A stretch of 57,142 bases of DNA from an uncultured bacterium (lineage in GTDB: Bacteria; Gemmatimonadota; Gemmatimonadetes; Gemmatimonadales; Gemmatimonadaceae): positions 1 to 57,142 of the forward strand of contig CAXBQP010000012.1 of the NCBI GenBank assembly GCA_963978095.1, written 5' to 3'. The first letter of the stretch is position 1; each line of letters begins with the position of its first letter. The translations under genes and the position numbers were made by a program. The notes under the pieces are model-generated. The model was not told where the DNA came from, ran no database searches, and saw nothing but the letters and a program-made list of their open reading frames with translations. Shown here piece by piece: positions 48,683-57,142 of this stretch.

Positions 48683-50632
48683 ATGACTCTCACCCGAATA
48701 TCCACTTCCCTGCGTGACGTGCGGCGTCGTTCCGTCATCACCACCACCTCGGCGCTGGCGCTGTTCGCAGCGTTCGCCGTCCCCGGCACCGCGCAATCGT
48801 CGGGCAAGGCCGGCCGCCAGGCGTATGACCCAACGGAACGCTCGATCCCGGAGCTGCAGGCCGCGCTCGCGAGCGGACGTACCACCTCCGTGGCGCTGAC
48901 GGAATCGTATCTGGCCCGCATCGCCGCCTATGATCACGCCGGACCGAACATCAACGCGATGATTCGCGTGAACGCCGCGGCCCGCCGTGACGCGGCCGCG
49001 CTGGACGAGGAGCGCCGGGCAGGCAAGCTGCGCGGTCCGTTGCACGGCATTCCGATCGTCCTCAAGGACAACTACGACACCAAGGACATGCCGACCACGG
49101 GTGGATCGCTCGCGCTGGCGAATCACCAGCCGACGGCCGACGCCTTCATCGTCGGCAGGCTGCGCGCCGCCGGCGCGATCATCCTCGGCAAGACCAATCT
49201 GCACGAACTCGCCTCGGGGATCACGAGCATCAGCTCCATGGGAGGACAGACGCTCAATCCGTATGACCTGTCCCGCTGCCCCGGAGGATCGAGCGGCGGC
49301 ACCGGTGCCGCCGTTGCCGCCAGCTTCGCGGCGGTCGGTTGGGGGACGGACACCTGCGGCTCGATTCGCATTCCGTCCGCATTCGGTTCGCTGTTCGGAT
49401 TGCGGCCGTCGCTGGGACTCATGAGCCGGGATGGCATCATCCCACTCGCGCTCTCGCAGGATGTCGCCGGTCCCATGGCACGCACGGCGACGGATCTTGC
49501 CATCGCGCTCGACGTCACGATGGGCGCCGACCCGCGTGATACGATCACGCGCCGCCTCGACGGACGACCGCTGCCGCAGTTCCAAGCGGCGCTGCGCAAG
49601 GACGCCTTGCGCGGCGCGCGGATCGGCGTCTTTGCGCCGTACTTCCGCACGGCCGACGCCGACGTGGCCGACACCGTGCGCGCCGCCGCCCGGGCCATGC
49701 GGTCGCTTGGCGCCGAGGTCGTGGACGTGGTGATGCCCGACTTCGACGAGGTCATCGGCAGCACCTCGGCCATCACACTCGAAACCCGTTTCGACTTGCA
49801 GGAGTATTTCACGCGCCCTGGCGATCATGCGGTGGCGTCGCTCGGACAGATCCTCGACAATGGCCTCTTCGACAAAGCCCTCGAGCTCCGGCACCGGTCC
49901 GCGGACACCGCGAGTTCACGCGATTCGGAGTCCCATCGGCGCGTGATCGCGCGGCAGAACGCCCTGCGCACCCGGATCGTGGCACTCATGGACAGCTTGC
50001 ATCTCGACGCACTCGCCTATCCGACAAGCGTCCGCAAGCCCGTGCTTGCTGGTGATCCGCAACTCGGGACGACCTGTGCGCTCGCCGCGCAGACCGGGCT
50101 CCCCGCCCTCTCCATTCCCGCCGGATTCACGTCCGACGGTCTCCCGACCGGGCTCGAGCTGATGGGCCGTGCCTTCAGTGATGCGCAACTCGTTGCGTAC
50201 GGCTACGCGTTTGAACAAGCGGGCGCACGGCGGCGTCCCCCGCCAACGACGCCGTCACTGGTGAATGGCAAGGCGCCGCAGCCCCGTACCGGCACGGTGC
50301 GAACCGGCCCGGTCGCGCAGCAGCTCACGGTGCGTTTCGTGTTCGACCCGCTCTTGAGCGAGCTCCGCTACCAGGCCGAGCTGCGCGGCGCGCAACGTGA
50401 TGCCGTGAGCGCGGTGGTCCTGCGGCGCTACGACGCCGGGACCGGCGGGCGCGCGTTCGGACAGAGCCGTGTCATCAAACGCGTGCTGGGCCCCGCGATG
50501 TCGACCGGCACCGGGACGATTCGCCTGCTGGGTGACGACCTCGATGCCTTTTTGGCCGGACGGCTCCGCGTCGCGGTGTTCGGCAGCGCGGCGACCGTGA
50601 CCCCGGTCGGGGAGGCCGTGATCGGGCGCTGA
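48683..50632 (+). CDS. Secreted amidase-signature family protein with C-terminal CHRD-like domain
   Basis: Signal peptide, LHGIPIVLKDN (Lys), GGSSGG, GTDTCGSIRIPS (Ser-cisSer-Lys triad), extra C-terminal domain of about 110 aa. Confidence 0.9.
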   Translation: MTLTRISTSLRDVRRRSVITTTSALALFAAFAVPGTAQSSGKAGRQAYDPTERSIPELQAALASGRTTSVALTESYLARIAAYDHAGPNINAMIRVNAAARRDAAALDEERRAGKLRGPLHGIPIVLKDNYDTKDMPTTGGSLALANHQPTADAFIVGRLRAAGAIILGKTNLHELASGITSISSMGGQTLNPYDLSRCPGGSSGGTGAAVAASFAAVGWGTDTCGSIRIPSAFGSLFGLRPSLGLMSRDGIIPLALSQDVAGPMARTATDLAIALDVTMGADPRDTITRRLDGRPLPQFQAALRKDALRGARIGVFAPYFRTADADVADTVRAAARAMRSLGAEVVDVVMPDFDEVIGSTSAITLETRFDLQEYFTRPGDHAVASLGQILDNGLFDKALELRHRSADTASSRDSESHRRVIARQNALRTRIVALMDSLHLDALAYPTSVRKPVLAGDPQLGTTCALAAQTGLPALSIPAGFTSDGLPTGLELMGRAFSDAQLVAYGYAFEQAGARRRPPPTTPSLVNGKAPQPRTGTVRTGPVAQQLTVRFVFDPLLSELRYQAELRGAQRDAVSAVVLRRYDAGTGGRAFGQSRVIKRVLGPAMSTGTGTIRLLGDDLDAFLAGRLRVAVFGSAATVTPVGEAVIGR

Positions 50633-50665
50633 TCGTGCGACGAGGGGCTGGCGGATCGTACGGAA

Positions 50666-50750
50666 TGCCGGAGCTGGGAATCGAACCCAGATGAGGTTGC
50701 CCCCAGGAGATTTTAAGTCTCCCGCGTCTAGCCAATTTCGCCACCCCGGC
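50666..50750 (-). tRNA. tRNA-Leu (TAA)
   Basis: GCCGGGG/CTCCGGC acceptor stem, GGAGA-CTTAAAA-TCTCC anticodon arm, long variable arm, GGTTCGATTCC. CCA not encoded. Confidence 0.96.
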
Positions 50751-50776
50751 GGACTCCACAGTCTGCGCTGATGCGA

Positions 50777-50815
50777 GAAAGGACGGAAGAGGCAGGTCGC
50801 CTGTTCCGTCCTTTC
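50777..50815. repeat. Inverted repeat in the tRNA spacer
   Basis: GAAAGGACGGAA-g-AGGC aggtc GCCT-g-TTCCGTCCTTTC. Confidence 0.75.
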
Positions 50816-50831
50816 GTCCGTGCGAAGTCAG

Positions 50832-50904
50832 AGCGGGAAACGGGACTCGAACCCGCGACCCCAACCTTGGCAAGGTTGTGCTCTACCAACTGAGCTATTC
50901 CCGC
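50832..50904 (-). tRNA. tRNA-Gly (GCC)
   Basis: GCGGGAATAGCTCAGTTGGTAGAGCACAACCTTGCCAAGGTTGGGGTCGCGGGTTCGAGTCCCGTTTCCCGCT. Confidence 0.98.
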
Positions 50905-50913
50905 AACCTTCGG

Positions 50914-50942
50914 AAAATAGACCCGAGCGCTGGCCGGGACAA
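50914..50942 (-). promoter_or_regulatory. Putative sigma70 promoter of the tRNA pair
   Basis: TTGTCC-17 nt-TATTTT, 9 nt upstream of the tRNA-Gly 5' end. Confidence 0.65.
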
Positions 50943-50977
50943 GCGCTTCGTGTGCCAGGCGCGACGCACGAAGCTGC

Positions 50978-52759
50978 TTATGGACGCACCCCATGCGTTT
51001 GCACGGTGAACCATACGGCGTAGGCGAGCAGGCCGGAGAGGGCGGCATCACCACCGCTCGACGTGGCCTTCCCCTCCTCGTCCACGAACTCGGCCGCCAA
51101 ACCATGGTCGAGCGGCGCCCGACGTAACCATTCCAGCGTGGCGGACGCGTCCGGTCCGAAGAGCCGACCGATCTGTCGCGCGAGATGCCCCGGCGGTCCC
51201 GCCGTCCCCTTGGCGGTTCGGCGATACGTCGAATCGCTGCGTTCGATCCCCTCGAACAGTGGCAGCCAGGCCAGCGAGCCCACGGGGTCGTCGGCGAGAG
51301 TGGCGTGCCCTCCGAGGTCCGAGGCGGACACGAACACTGGCTTTCCGCCGCCTTCGGCCGTGAAGCTGCGTTTGAGGGTTGATCGCAAGGTGTCGGGGTC
51401 CGGGAGCTCCGAGGCGTCTTCCTCCGCCAGCGTGCGTCTCAGCGCGTCGATCGCTGCCGCCACAACGGCATTCCCATGCATCATGAAGGGCTGCGGGGCG
51501 GGCGCGCCACTCAGCGTCACCTCGGTCTTGTACAAGCCGTGGATGTCATCCCGGCGCTCGTCGAGATCGTCGGCGACGTGATAGAGCGTATCGGCCAGAA
51601 TCGGCTCCTCGACGATCTGATCATCCCCGGTGTCCCGGATGTACCGCTCGACGGCAATCGCGTACGACGAGCACCCTTCGAGCGTGAAGCCCGGTTCGAA
51701 CAGCGTACCGTCGAAGTAGTGCACGCCACGTCCTGGCGCGTACCCGTGAATCTCGCAGGCGCGCAAGATCAACTCGCGCGCCAACGGCGGATCTCCGAGT
51801 TGCACGGCCGGCACGGTCCACGCGAGGGCCTCCCAGTCACGGATCGTCACCCCCCGGGTACACCACGGCGCGCGGCTCCGCACCAGGTAGAAATGCGCGT
51901 CGTCCAGGGCACGTCCCACGCCGTAGAAATAGGCGAAGAGCATGTTCCGGTTGATGAGACTGTCGACGCTTTCCATGCCGGTCGTCTGCTCGAGCGTGCG
52001 AATCGCATCGCGTGTGCCTGTCAGCAGTTGCTTCCATCCGCGGCGGCGCAGCACCTCGACCGTTGCGCAGGCGCCATCGCGTTCCGGACCGGCGCCGACA
52101 TAAAATGCCGTCTCGCTCCGCGCACCGGCCGGAATGACCAACGGACGACGCACGCGATAACTGTGCGGGCCGGTCACATCCGCCGTCGCCCCCCTTGCGC
52201 CGTCGGCCGCAACGGCGAGCGCCACATGGCCCGGCGGCTCGGCACCATCAAGAATCACGACGTCGCCGCGAACGGTCACCCGGTGCCCATCCTCGAGTGG
52301 GCGCGGCGTCACGACGCGCAGCTGCCGATGGCCGAGCACGCCTTCGAGGGAGAGCGCGATGTGCGCGTCCGACGGTCCCCGGTTCTCGACGGCAATGGCG
52401 TAGCAGGCGCCGGCGATGTCCGCATCCTGCCCGAAGGGCGCGAAGACGGTACCGCGGATGACCAGATCGCCGACCGTACAGGTGAAGGTGGGGAGCCAAT
52501 GCAGCGCCCGCTCCCATACGATGCCATTGGCACCGAGTTCGATCCGGGCGCCATCGCGTTCGAGCACCGGACGGGCGAGCGCAGGCCCGGTGCCGGTCAG
52601 AAAGGCCGCGCTGCCGGCGAACTCCACCGCCGCACGGGCACCGCGATGCAGCACACCGATCGCGTGAAGCGAGGCGTCCGCGGGGTGCACGCACGGGAGC
52701 GACAACCAGTGGTTGCCGGTGATCTGCCAGGGAACGGACTGCAGGGCGTCGTGTGTCAC
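50978..52759 (-). CDS. Conserved hypothetical protein, divergent (alpha/alpha)6 glycosidase (GH125-like)
   Basis: 593 aa with typical coding pattern. Beta-rich N-half and helical C-half with YFDGTLFEPGF, RYIRDTGD, APLDHGLAAE, recalled as similar to GH125-like proteins. No signal peptide, start uncertain. Confidence 0.6.
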   Translation of the reverse strand: MTHDALQSVPWQITGNHWLSLPCVHPADASLHAIGVLHRGARAAVEFAGSAAFLTGTGPALARPVLERDGARIELGANGIVWERALHWLPTFTCTVGDLVIRGTVFAPFGQDADIAGACYAIAVENRGPSDAHIALSLEGVLGHRQLRVVTPRPLEDGHRVTVRGDVVILDGAEPPGHVALAVAADGARGATADVTGPHSYRVRRPLVIPAGARSETAFYVGAGPERDGACATVEVLRRRGWKQLLTGTRDAIRTLEQTTGMESVDSLINRNMLFAYFYGVGRALDDAHFYLVRSRAPWCTRGVTIRDWEALAWTVPAVQLGDPPLARELILRACEIHGYAPGRGVHYFDGTLFEPGFTLEGCSSYAIAVERYIRDTGDDQIVEEPILADTLYHVADDLDERRDDIHGLYKTEVTLSGAPAPQPFMMHGNAVVAAAIDALRRTLAEEDASELPDPDTLRSTLKRSFTAEGGGKPVFVSASDLGGHATLADDPVGSLAWLPLFEGIERSDSTYRRTAKGTAGPPGHLARQIGRLFGPDASATLEWLRRAPLDHGLAAEFVDEEGKATSSGGDAALSGLLAYAVWFTVQTHGVRP

Positions 52760-52793
52760 GGAAATGGGCTGTGCGTTATCTTGCCATACGTCT

Positions 52794-54455
52794 ATGCAAA
52801 CTAGCCGTTTTGCGCTCCCCCTGCTTCTCATGGCCCTGTCGACCGCGCCCGCGCGGGGTCAGGTCACCGCCGGCACGGGAGAGGACGCGCTGACGTTGAC
52901 GCGCGGACAATTCCGTTTGCGCGGAATCGTCGACTGGAGCTCCTGGTCCAGCCGCTACGGCGAGAACAGCCCCGGACGCGCGAACGGCAGCCGCGAACCG
53001 CTGGGATTGAACTTCACCACCGACTCGTTGGGGCCTGGTCACCTGGAGAGCCTGCTGCCGGTCCAAAGCTCCATTCGGGGCCTGGCCGGCATGGCCAACT
53101 TCGGTGCGTCGCTCGGTGCAATGTCCGTGGGACAGCGCAACGTGGTGTCCTCCACCCCGATGATGCTCGAATACGGTGTCACCAGCCGCGTGACGCTCGG
53201 CGTGCTGGTCCCTTTCGTCACGTCACTCGCAGAAGTCGACCTACGGATGAACCCGACGGGCCGCGAAGCCACCGTCGGGCTCAACCCGGCCCGACGGATC
53301 GGGGGCGCCGCAACGTCGAACGCCTCGCTCGTCAGTGCGTTCGACGCGGCCACCACGGCGCTGAACACCCGCGTCACGACCTGCACCAACAGCCCCACCT
53401 TGCCCGCGTGCAGCGGCTTCAGCACGGCGGCGGCGGCATCGCTCGTGGGCCGCACCTCCGTCATGATGACGGCGCTGGCCTCGCTCTATGGCGGCCGCAC
53501 GAGCATGGGCGCGCCGTTCGTGCCGATCGCCGGTAGCGCGGCCCAAGCAGCCATCGAAACGCGGCTCGCCGGCCTGCGCAGCGAGTTCTCGGGCTTCGGC
53601 ACCACGATCACGCCACTCGCGCCCATCGCAGCGACGCCGCTGACGGCCCAGGATCTCACCACACTCCTCGGCGATTCTCTGTACGGCATCAACGCGAAAC
53701 CGATCGCCGGCAGCATCACGCGTGGACTCGGGGACATCGAACTGTCGGCCAAGGTGCTGCTGTTCGACCCATATCACGGGGACCTTGCCGCCCAGCGCAA
53801 CCCCACCGGGTTCACGTGGCGGCAATCGATCGGCGCGGTGTACCGGTTGCCCACCGGCACGGTCGATCTCACCACGGACTTCACGGACATCGGGACCGGC
53901 GATCACGCGCGTGACGTTGGCGTACGTTCGTGGACGGACCTGCTGTGGGGCACGAAGTTCTGGATGACCATCGCGGCCCGCTATGACCGCCGGCTTCCGG
54001 ACGAACTCCGCCGTCGCATCACCGACGCGGCGCACCCACTCGCGCCATCGTATCGCGAACAACCCGTGACGCGCGACCTCGGCGACATCGCGGAGCTGAG
54101 CATCACACCGCGCTGGTCACTGAATGAGTGGGTGGGCATCGCCGCTCAGTATCTGGTGCGCAGCAAAGGCGCGGACCGCTACACCGGAACCTTCACGACC
54201 ACGGACCTCAACGGCACCCCGGTCACGCTGGACGCCGCTCTGCTGAACGAGGAGACGCAGTGGCGTGAACAGCGGCTCGGGTTCGGCCTCTCCTACTCCA
54301 CGCTCACGTCCTACGATCGCGGGCAGGCGAAGCTGCCGTACGAGATCACCTGGATGCGGACGGTCAGCACGACCGGGACGGGCGGGAACCTCCCCGTCGC
54401 GGCGCAAGATCTGATTCAGCTTCGCTGGTACGGACGCCTGTTCGGTCGTCGCTGA
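52794..54455 (+). CDS. Hypothetical exported protein, probable outer-membrane beta-barrel (COG4313/Phenol_MetA_deg-like)
   Basis: Signal peptide ending ARG|Q. LEYGVTSRVTLGVLVPFV, GLGDIELSAK, RLPTG, GTGD, amphipathic aromatic strands. Confidence 0.65.
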   Translation: MQTSRFALPLLLMALSTAPARGQVTAGTGEDALTLTRGQFRLRGIVDWSSWSSRYGENSPGRANGSREPLGLNFTTDSLGPGHLESLLPVQSSIRGLAGMANFGASLGAMSVGQRNVVSSTPMMLEYGVTSRVTLGVLVPFVTSLAEVDLRMNPTGREATVGLNPARRIGGAATSNASLVSAFDAATTALNTRVTTCTNSPTLPACSGFSTAAAASLVGRTSVMMTALASLYGGRTSMGAPFVPIAGSAAQAAIETRLAGLRSEFSGFGTTITPLAPIAATPLTAQDLTTLLGDSLYGINAKPIAGSITRGLGDIELSAKVLLFDPYHGDLAAQRNPTGFTWRQSIGAVYRLPTGTVDLTTDFTDIGTGDHARDVGVRSWTDLLWGTKFWMTIAARYDRRLPDELRRRITDAAHPLAPSYREQPVTRDLGDIAELSITPRWSLNEWVGIAAQYLVRSKGADRYTGTFTTTDLNGTPVTLDAALLNEETQWREQRLGFGLSYSTLTSYDRGQAKLPYEITWMRTVSTTGTGGNLPVAAQDLIQLRWYGRLFGRR

Positions 54456-56127
54456 CATTCGCGGTCGCCAAGAGCTCCTTGGCGTGCTCGCGGCTCACGA
54501 CACTTTCCGAATCTCCTCCCAGCATGCGCGCCACTTCGAGCACGCGCGCCTCACCGTCCACGACCGCGATGTCCGCCGTCGTCACGCCACCGCGCGCGCC
54601 CTTGCTCACGACGATGTGGTGATGCGCCCTGGCTGCGATCTGGGGCAGGTGCGAGATCGCGAACACCTGATGGTGGCTCGCCACGCGACGCATCGCGTCC
54701 CCGACCATGAGACCGACCTTTCCCCCGATGCCCGCATCCACCTCATCGAAGATCAACGTCGGGACGTGGTCCAGCCGCGCGAGAATCGCCTTCAGCGCGA
54801 GCATCACCCGGGCGAGTTCGCCGCCACTGGCCACGCGCGACAGCGCGCGGGCATCATGCCCGACGTTCAGAGCCACGCGGAACTCGACATCTTCCCCGCC
54901 GGTGGCCGCCGGCTCAGGGCGCGCCGACAGTTCCACCGACACGCGGCCATCGGGCATCCCCAATTCGGGGAACATCGCCTCGACGTCAGCAGCCAGCCGC
55001 TTCCCGGCGGCACGGCGCTTCTTGGAGAGCGCCGCAGTCGCAGCGGCCAGCGACGCCAACGCGGCGTCGACCCGCTGCTCGAGCGCTCGCATGTCGAGGG
55101 ATGCCGTGTCCAGCAGATCGAGCTCCGCCTGCGCCTCACGCCCGGTTTCGATCACCGCCGGAATGCTCCCGCCGTACTTCTTGGTCAGTCGGAAGATCTG
55201 ATCGCGACGCCGCTCGACCTCCTGCAGACGGGCCGGATCGTGCTCGACCGTCCCCCCATACGCCGCGGCCTCACGGGAGAGTTCTTCGAGCGCGTAGTAC
55301 GCCGCGTCGTGCAACTCCTGCATGCGACTCGCGGACGCATCGATCCGCTGCAGCGCCGCGAGGGCCCGTTGCAAGTGCGCGACACGACGCACCGCTCCCT
55401 CATCATCCTCGGCGCCATCCAGCACGACGGAAAGTTCCGCCACCAGCCCCCGAAGTTCTTCGGCATGGGTGAGCTTGCGCGCCTCCTCCTCGAGACGCGC
55501 ATCTTCCCCATCCACCAAACGCGCCGCGCTGATCTCCTGCGCCACGTGCCGCAGGTAGTCGGCACGTTTGTGCGCTTCATCGCGACGGTCGGCCAGTTGC
55601 CGGACCGCGAGCCGCGCGGCCGCGAGCTCGGCATACGCAGCCGCCACACGCGCGGCCTCCGCGGCCGCACCCCCGAACAGGTCGAGGATGCGGCGCTGCG
55701 CCTCCGGATCGAGCAACGCCTGGGCCTCATGCTGCCCGTGCACATTGACGAGCAACCGCCCGATCTCCGCCAGCAACGCCGCGGTCACCGGTGATCCATT
55801 GATCCAGGCCCGCGCGCGCCCGCCGGCCGCGGCCACCTCACGCTTCAGCACCAGCACACCGTCGTCGGCCTCGATGCCACGTTCGTCCAGCGCGGCCGCC
55901 AGCGACGGCGCCTCACTGACATCGAACACCCCTTCGACGGTCGCCTTGTCGGCACCGGTGCGGACCATATCGCTCGACGCCCGCTCCCCCACCAGCAACC
56001 CGAGCGCGCCGACGATGATCGACTTCCCCGCGCCGGTCTCGCCCGTCAGGACATTCAGCCCCGGTCCCAGCGGCAACGCGACAGACTCGATGATCGCGAA
56101 GTTCCTGATCCGCAGCTCACTCAGCAC
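54364..56127 (-). CDS. recN: DNA repair protein RecN
   Basis: LTGETGAGKS, VHGQHE, ASGGELAR, FDEVDAGIGG, SHLPQIAA. Confidence 0.97.
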   Translation of the reverse strand: MLSELRIRNFAIIESVALPLGPGLNVLTGETGAGKSIIVGALGLLVGERASSDMVRTGADKATVEGVFDVSEAPSLAAALDERGIEADDGVLVLKREVAAAGGRARAWINGSPVTAALLAEIGRLLVNVHGQHEAQALLDPEAQRRILDLFGGAAAEAARVAAAYAELAAARLAVRQLADRRDEAHKRADYLRHVAQEISAARLVDGEDARLEEEARKLTHAEELRGLVAELSVVLDGAEDDEGAVRRVAHLQRALAALQRIDASASRMQELHDAAYYALEELSREAAAYGGTVEHDPARLQEVERRRDQIFRLTKKYGGSIPAVIETGREAQAELDLLDTASLDMRALEQRVDAALASLAAATAALSKKRRAAGKRLAADVEAMFPELGMPDGRVSVELSARPEPAATGGEDVEFRVALNVGHDARALSRVASGGELARVMLALKAILARLDHVPTLIFDEVDAGIGGKVGLMVGDAMRRVASHHQVFAISHLPQIAARAHHHIVVSKGARGGVTTADIAVVDGEARVLEVARMLGGDSESVVSREHAKELLATANVSDDRTGVRTSEAESDLAPRRGGSRPSRSC

Positions 56128-56130
56128 GGT

Positions 56131-56997
56131 CTACTCGCCCCGCTCGGCCACCCCGCCCCACCCAAGCTTGTGACGAAGCCGCCCGAAAAAAGTACCCGAG
56201 AAACGCGCGATGCGAACCGGGGAGCCGGACCGCGTGACGCGCAGTCGCTGACCTGCGGCCAATGTGGTGCCGCGCTGCCCATCGACCGTCACCAAAATCT
56301 CTTCGGGCACATCATCCGGTTGCACCTCGACCTCAGCATCGGGGGGCAACAGGATGGGACGCACCGCCAACGTGTGCGCGGCGATCGGCGTCACGAGAAT
56401 CGACTCGATGGTGGGTTCGACGATCGGTCCTCCGGCCGACAGGGAGTAGGCCGTGGAACCGGTCGGCGTCGAGAGCACGATTCCGTCAGCGGCCAGCGAC
56501 CCGATCGGTTCTCCATTCACCCAGACGCGCACCTGCAGCACGCGCGCCAGCCCGCCCTTATGCAGGACGACGTCGTTCAGCGCACGCATCGGCTTGGCCG
56601 GCGCCGCCTCGGGACCCAACACCGCGGCGTCGATCGCCATCCGGCGGTCGGTCACGAAATCGCCGCGCGCAAAGCGTTCGAGGGAACGCGGGAACTCCGA
56701 CGCACGGCAGCTGGTGAGGAATCCCAGTCGTCCGAGGTTGACGCCCATGATCGGTGCGTCAGCCCCGTCGAGCCACCGCGCCGCGCGCAAGAGCGTCCCG
56801 TCGCCACCCAGGGAGATCAGGCCCTGCAACGTCGTCGGGTCGGGGAGCAAGGGAGCTCCGGGCACCTCCGAACGCATGTGCTCCTCGAAGAACACCTCAA
56901 GCCCCAGTCCCGCGCCTTCGCGCACGAGCGTCGCCAGGATCTCGGTGAGTCCTTCGTACCCCGGGTGTCCGATGACGCCGATGCGCATGGTGCTCAC
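56131..56997 (-). CDS. nadK: NAD(+)/NADH kinase
   Basis: GGDGTLL, GVNLGRLGFL, ALND, ADGIVLSTPTGSTAYSLSAGGP. Confidence 0.97.
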   Translation of the reverse strand: MSTMRIGVIGHPGYEGLTEILATLVREGAGLGLEVFFEEHMRSEVPGAPLLPDPTTLQGLISLGGDGTLLRAARWLDGADAPIMGVNLGRLGFLTSCRASEFPRSLERFARGDFVTDRRMAIDAAVLGPEAAPAKPMRALNDVVLHKGGLARVLQVRVWVNGEPIGSLAADGIVLSTPTGSTAYSLSAGGPIVEPTIESILVTPIAAHTLAVRPILLPPDAEVEVQPDDVPEEILVTVDGQRGTTLAAGQRLRVTRSGSPVRIARFSGTFFGRLRHKLGWGGVAERGE

Positions 56998-57142
56998 CCC
57001 GCCACGGCGTCCGACCGGTGCAGCGCGCGCACCTTGTCGGCGATCCCGGCCGCGTCGAGCCCGCAGAGCGCGAGCTGACGCGCACGGGGTGCCGCGTACA
57101 CGATGCGATCGGGCACTCCATGAACCGTCACCCGCACGCCGG
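56994..57142 (-). CDS. dxs: 1-deoxy-D-xylulose-5-phosphate synthase, C-terminal fragment
   Basis: Manual translation GVRVTVHGVPDRIVYAAPRARQLALCGLDAAGIADKVRALHRSDAVAG*. Transketolase C-terminal motif and dxs-nadK-recN synteny. Confidence 0.75.
   Translation of the reverse strand, partial: GVRVTVHGVPDRIVYAAPRARQLALCGLDAAGIADKVRALHRSDAVAG

Noticed and set aside
48150..50750. crcB-amidase block as an island integrated at tRNA-Leu
   Set aside because: No integrase, no duplicated tRNA 3' end seen, and no obvious compositional shift.
1..57142. CRISPR arrays, transposases, prophage, defence or toxin-antitoxin systems
   Set aside because: None seen. Nearly all sequence is explained by core genes with short intergenic gaps.

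Overview
High-GC bacterial chromosome segment, probably Gemmatimonadota (inferred from protein style and gene order, not from a search). Almost all genes are on the minus strand and most are core housekeeping genes. In transcription order: dxs(3' end)-nadK-recN; GH125-like gene; tRNA-Gly-tRNA-Leu; crcB; M20-asd-lysC-dapB-dapA-dapD-aroA-cmk-rpsA; pccB-accC-RNA methyltransferase-BCCP; rplM-rpsI-rpsB-tsf-pyrH-frr-uppS-cdsA-dxr-rseP; rpsO-pnp-M16-ald; susC-susD; mreBCD-mrdA-rodA; accD-folC-hisS-proS-lysA-phosphoesterase-guaA-MATE. Only two genes are on the plus strand: a secreted amidase and an uncharacterised outer-membrane protein. I saw no mobile element, CRISPR array, prophage or defence island, and I cannot support a claim of a major new system. 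The best leads are repeated leaderless-type promoters (-10 box 5-6 nt before ATG), a divergent GH125-like protein head-to-head with a COG4313-like beta-barrel, a crcB promoter whose spacer is a palindrome and which lacks a fluoride riboswitch, an amidase with a His-less CHRD-like tail, a split acyl-CoA carboxylase interrupted by an RNA methyltransferase, an orphan SusC/D pair, and several structured leaders. All calls come from reading by eye. Start codons were trimmed manually from the ORF track.
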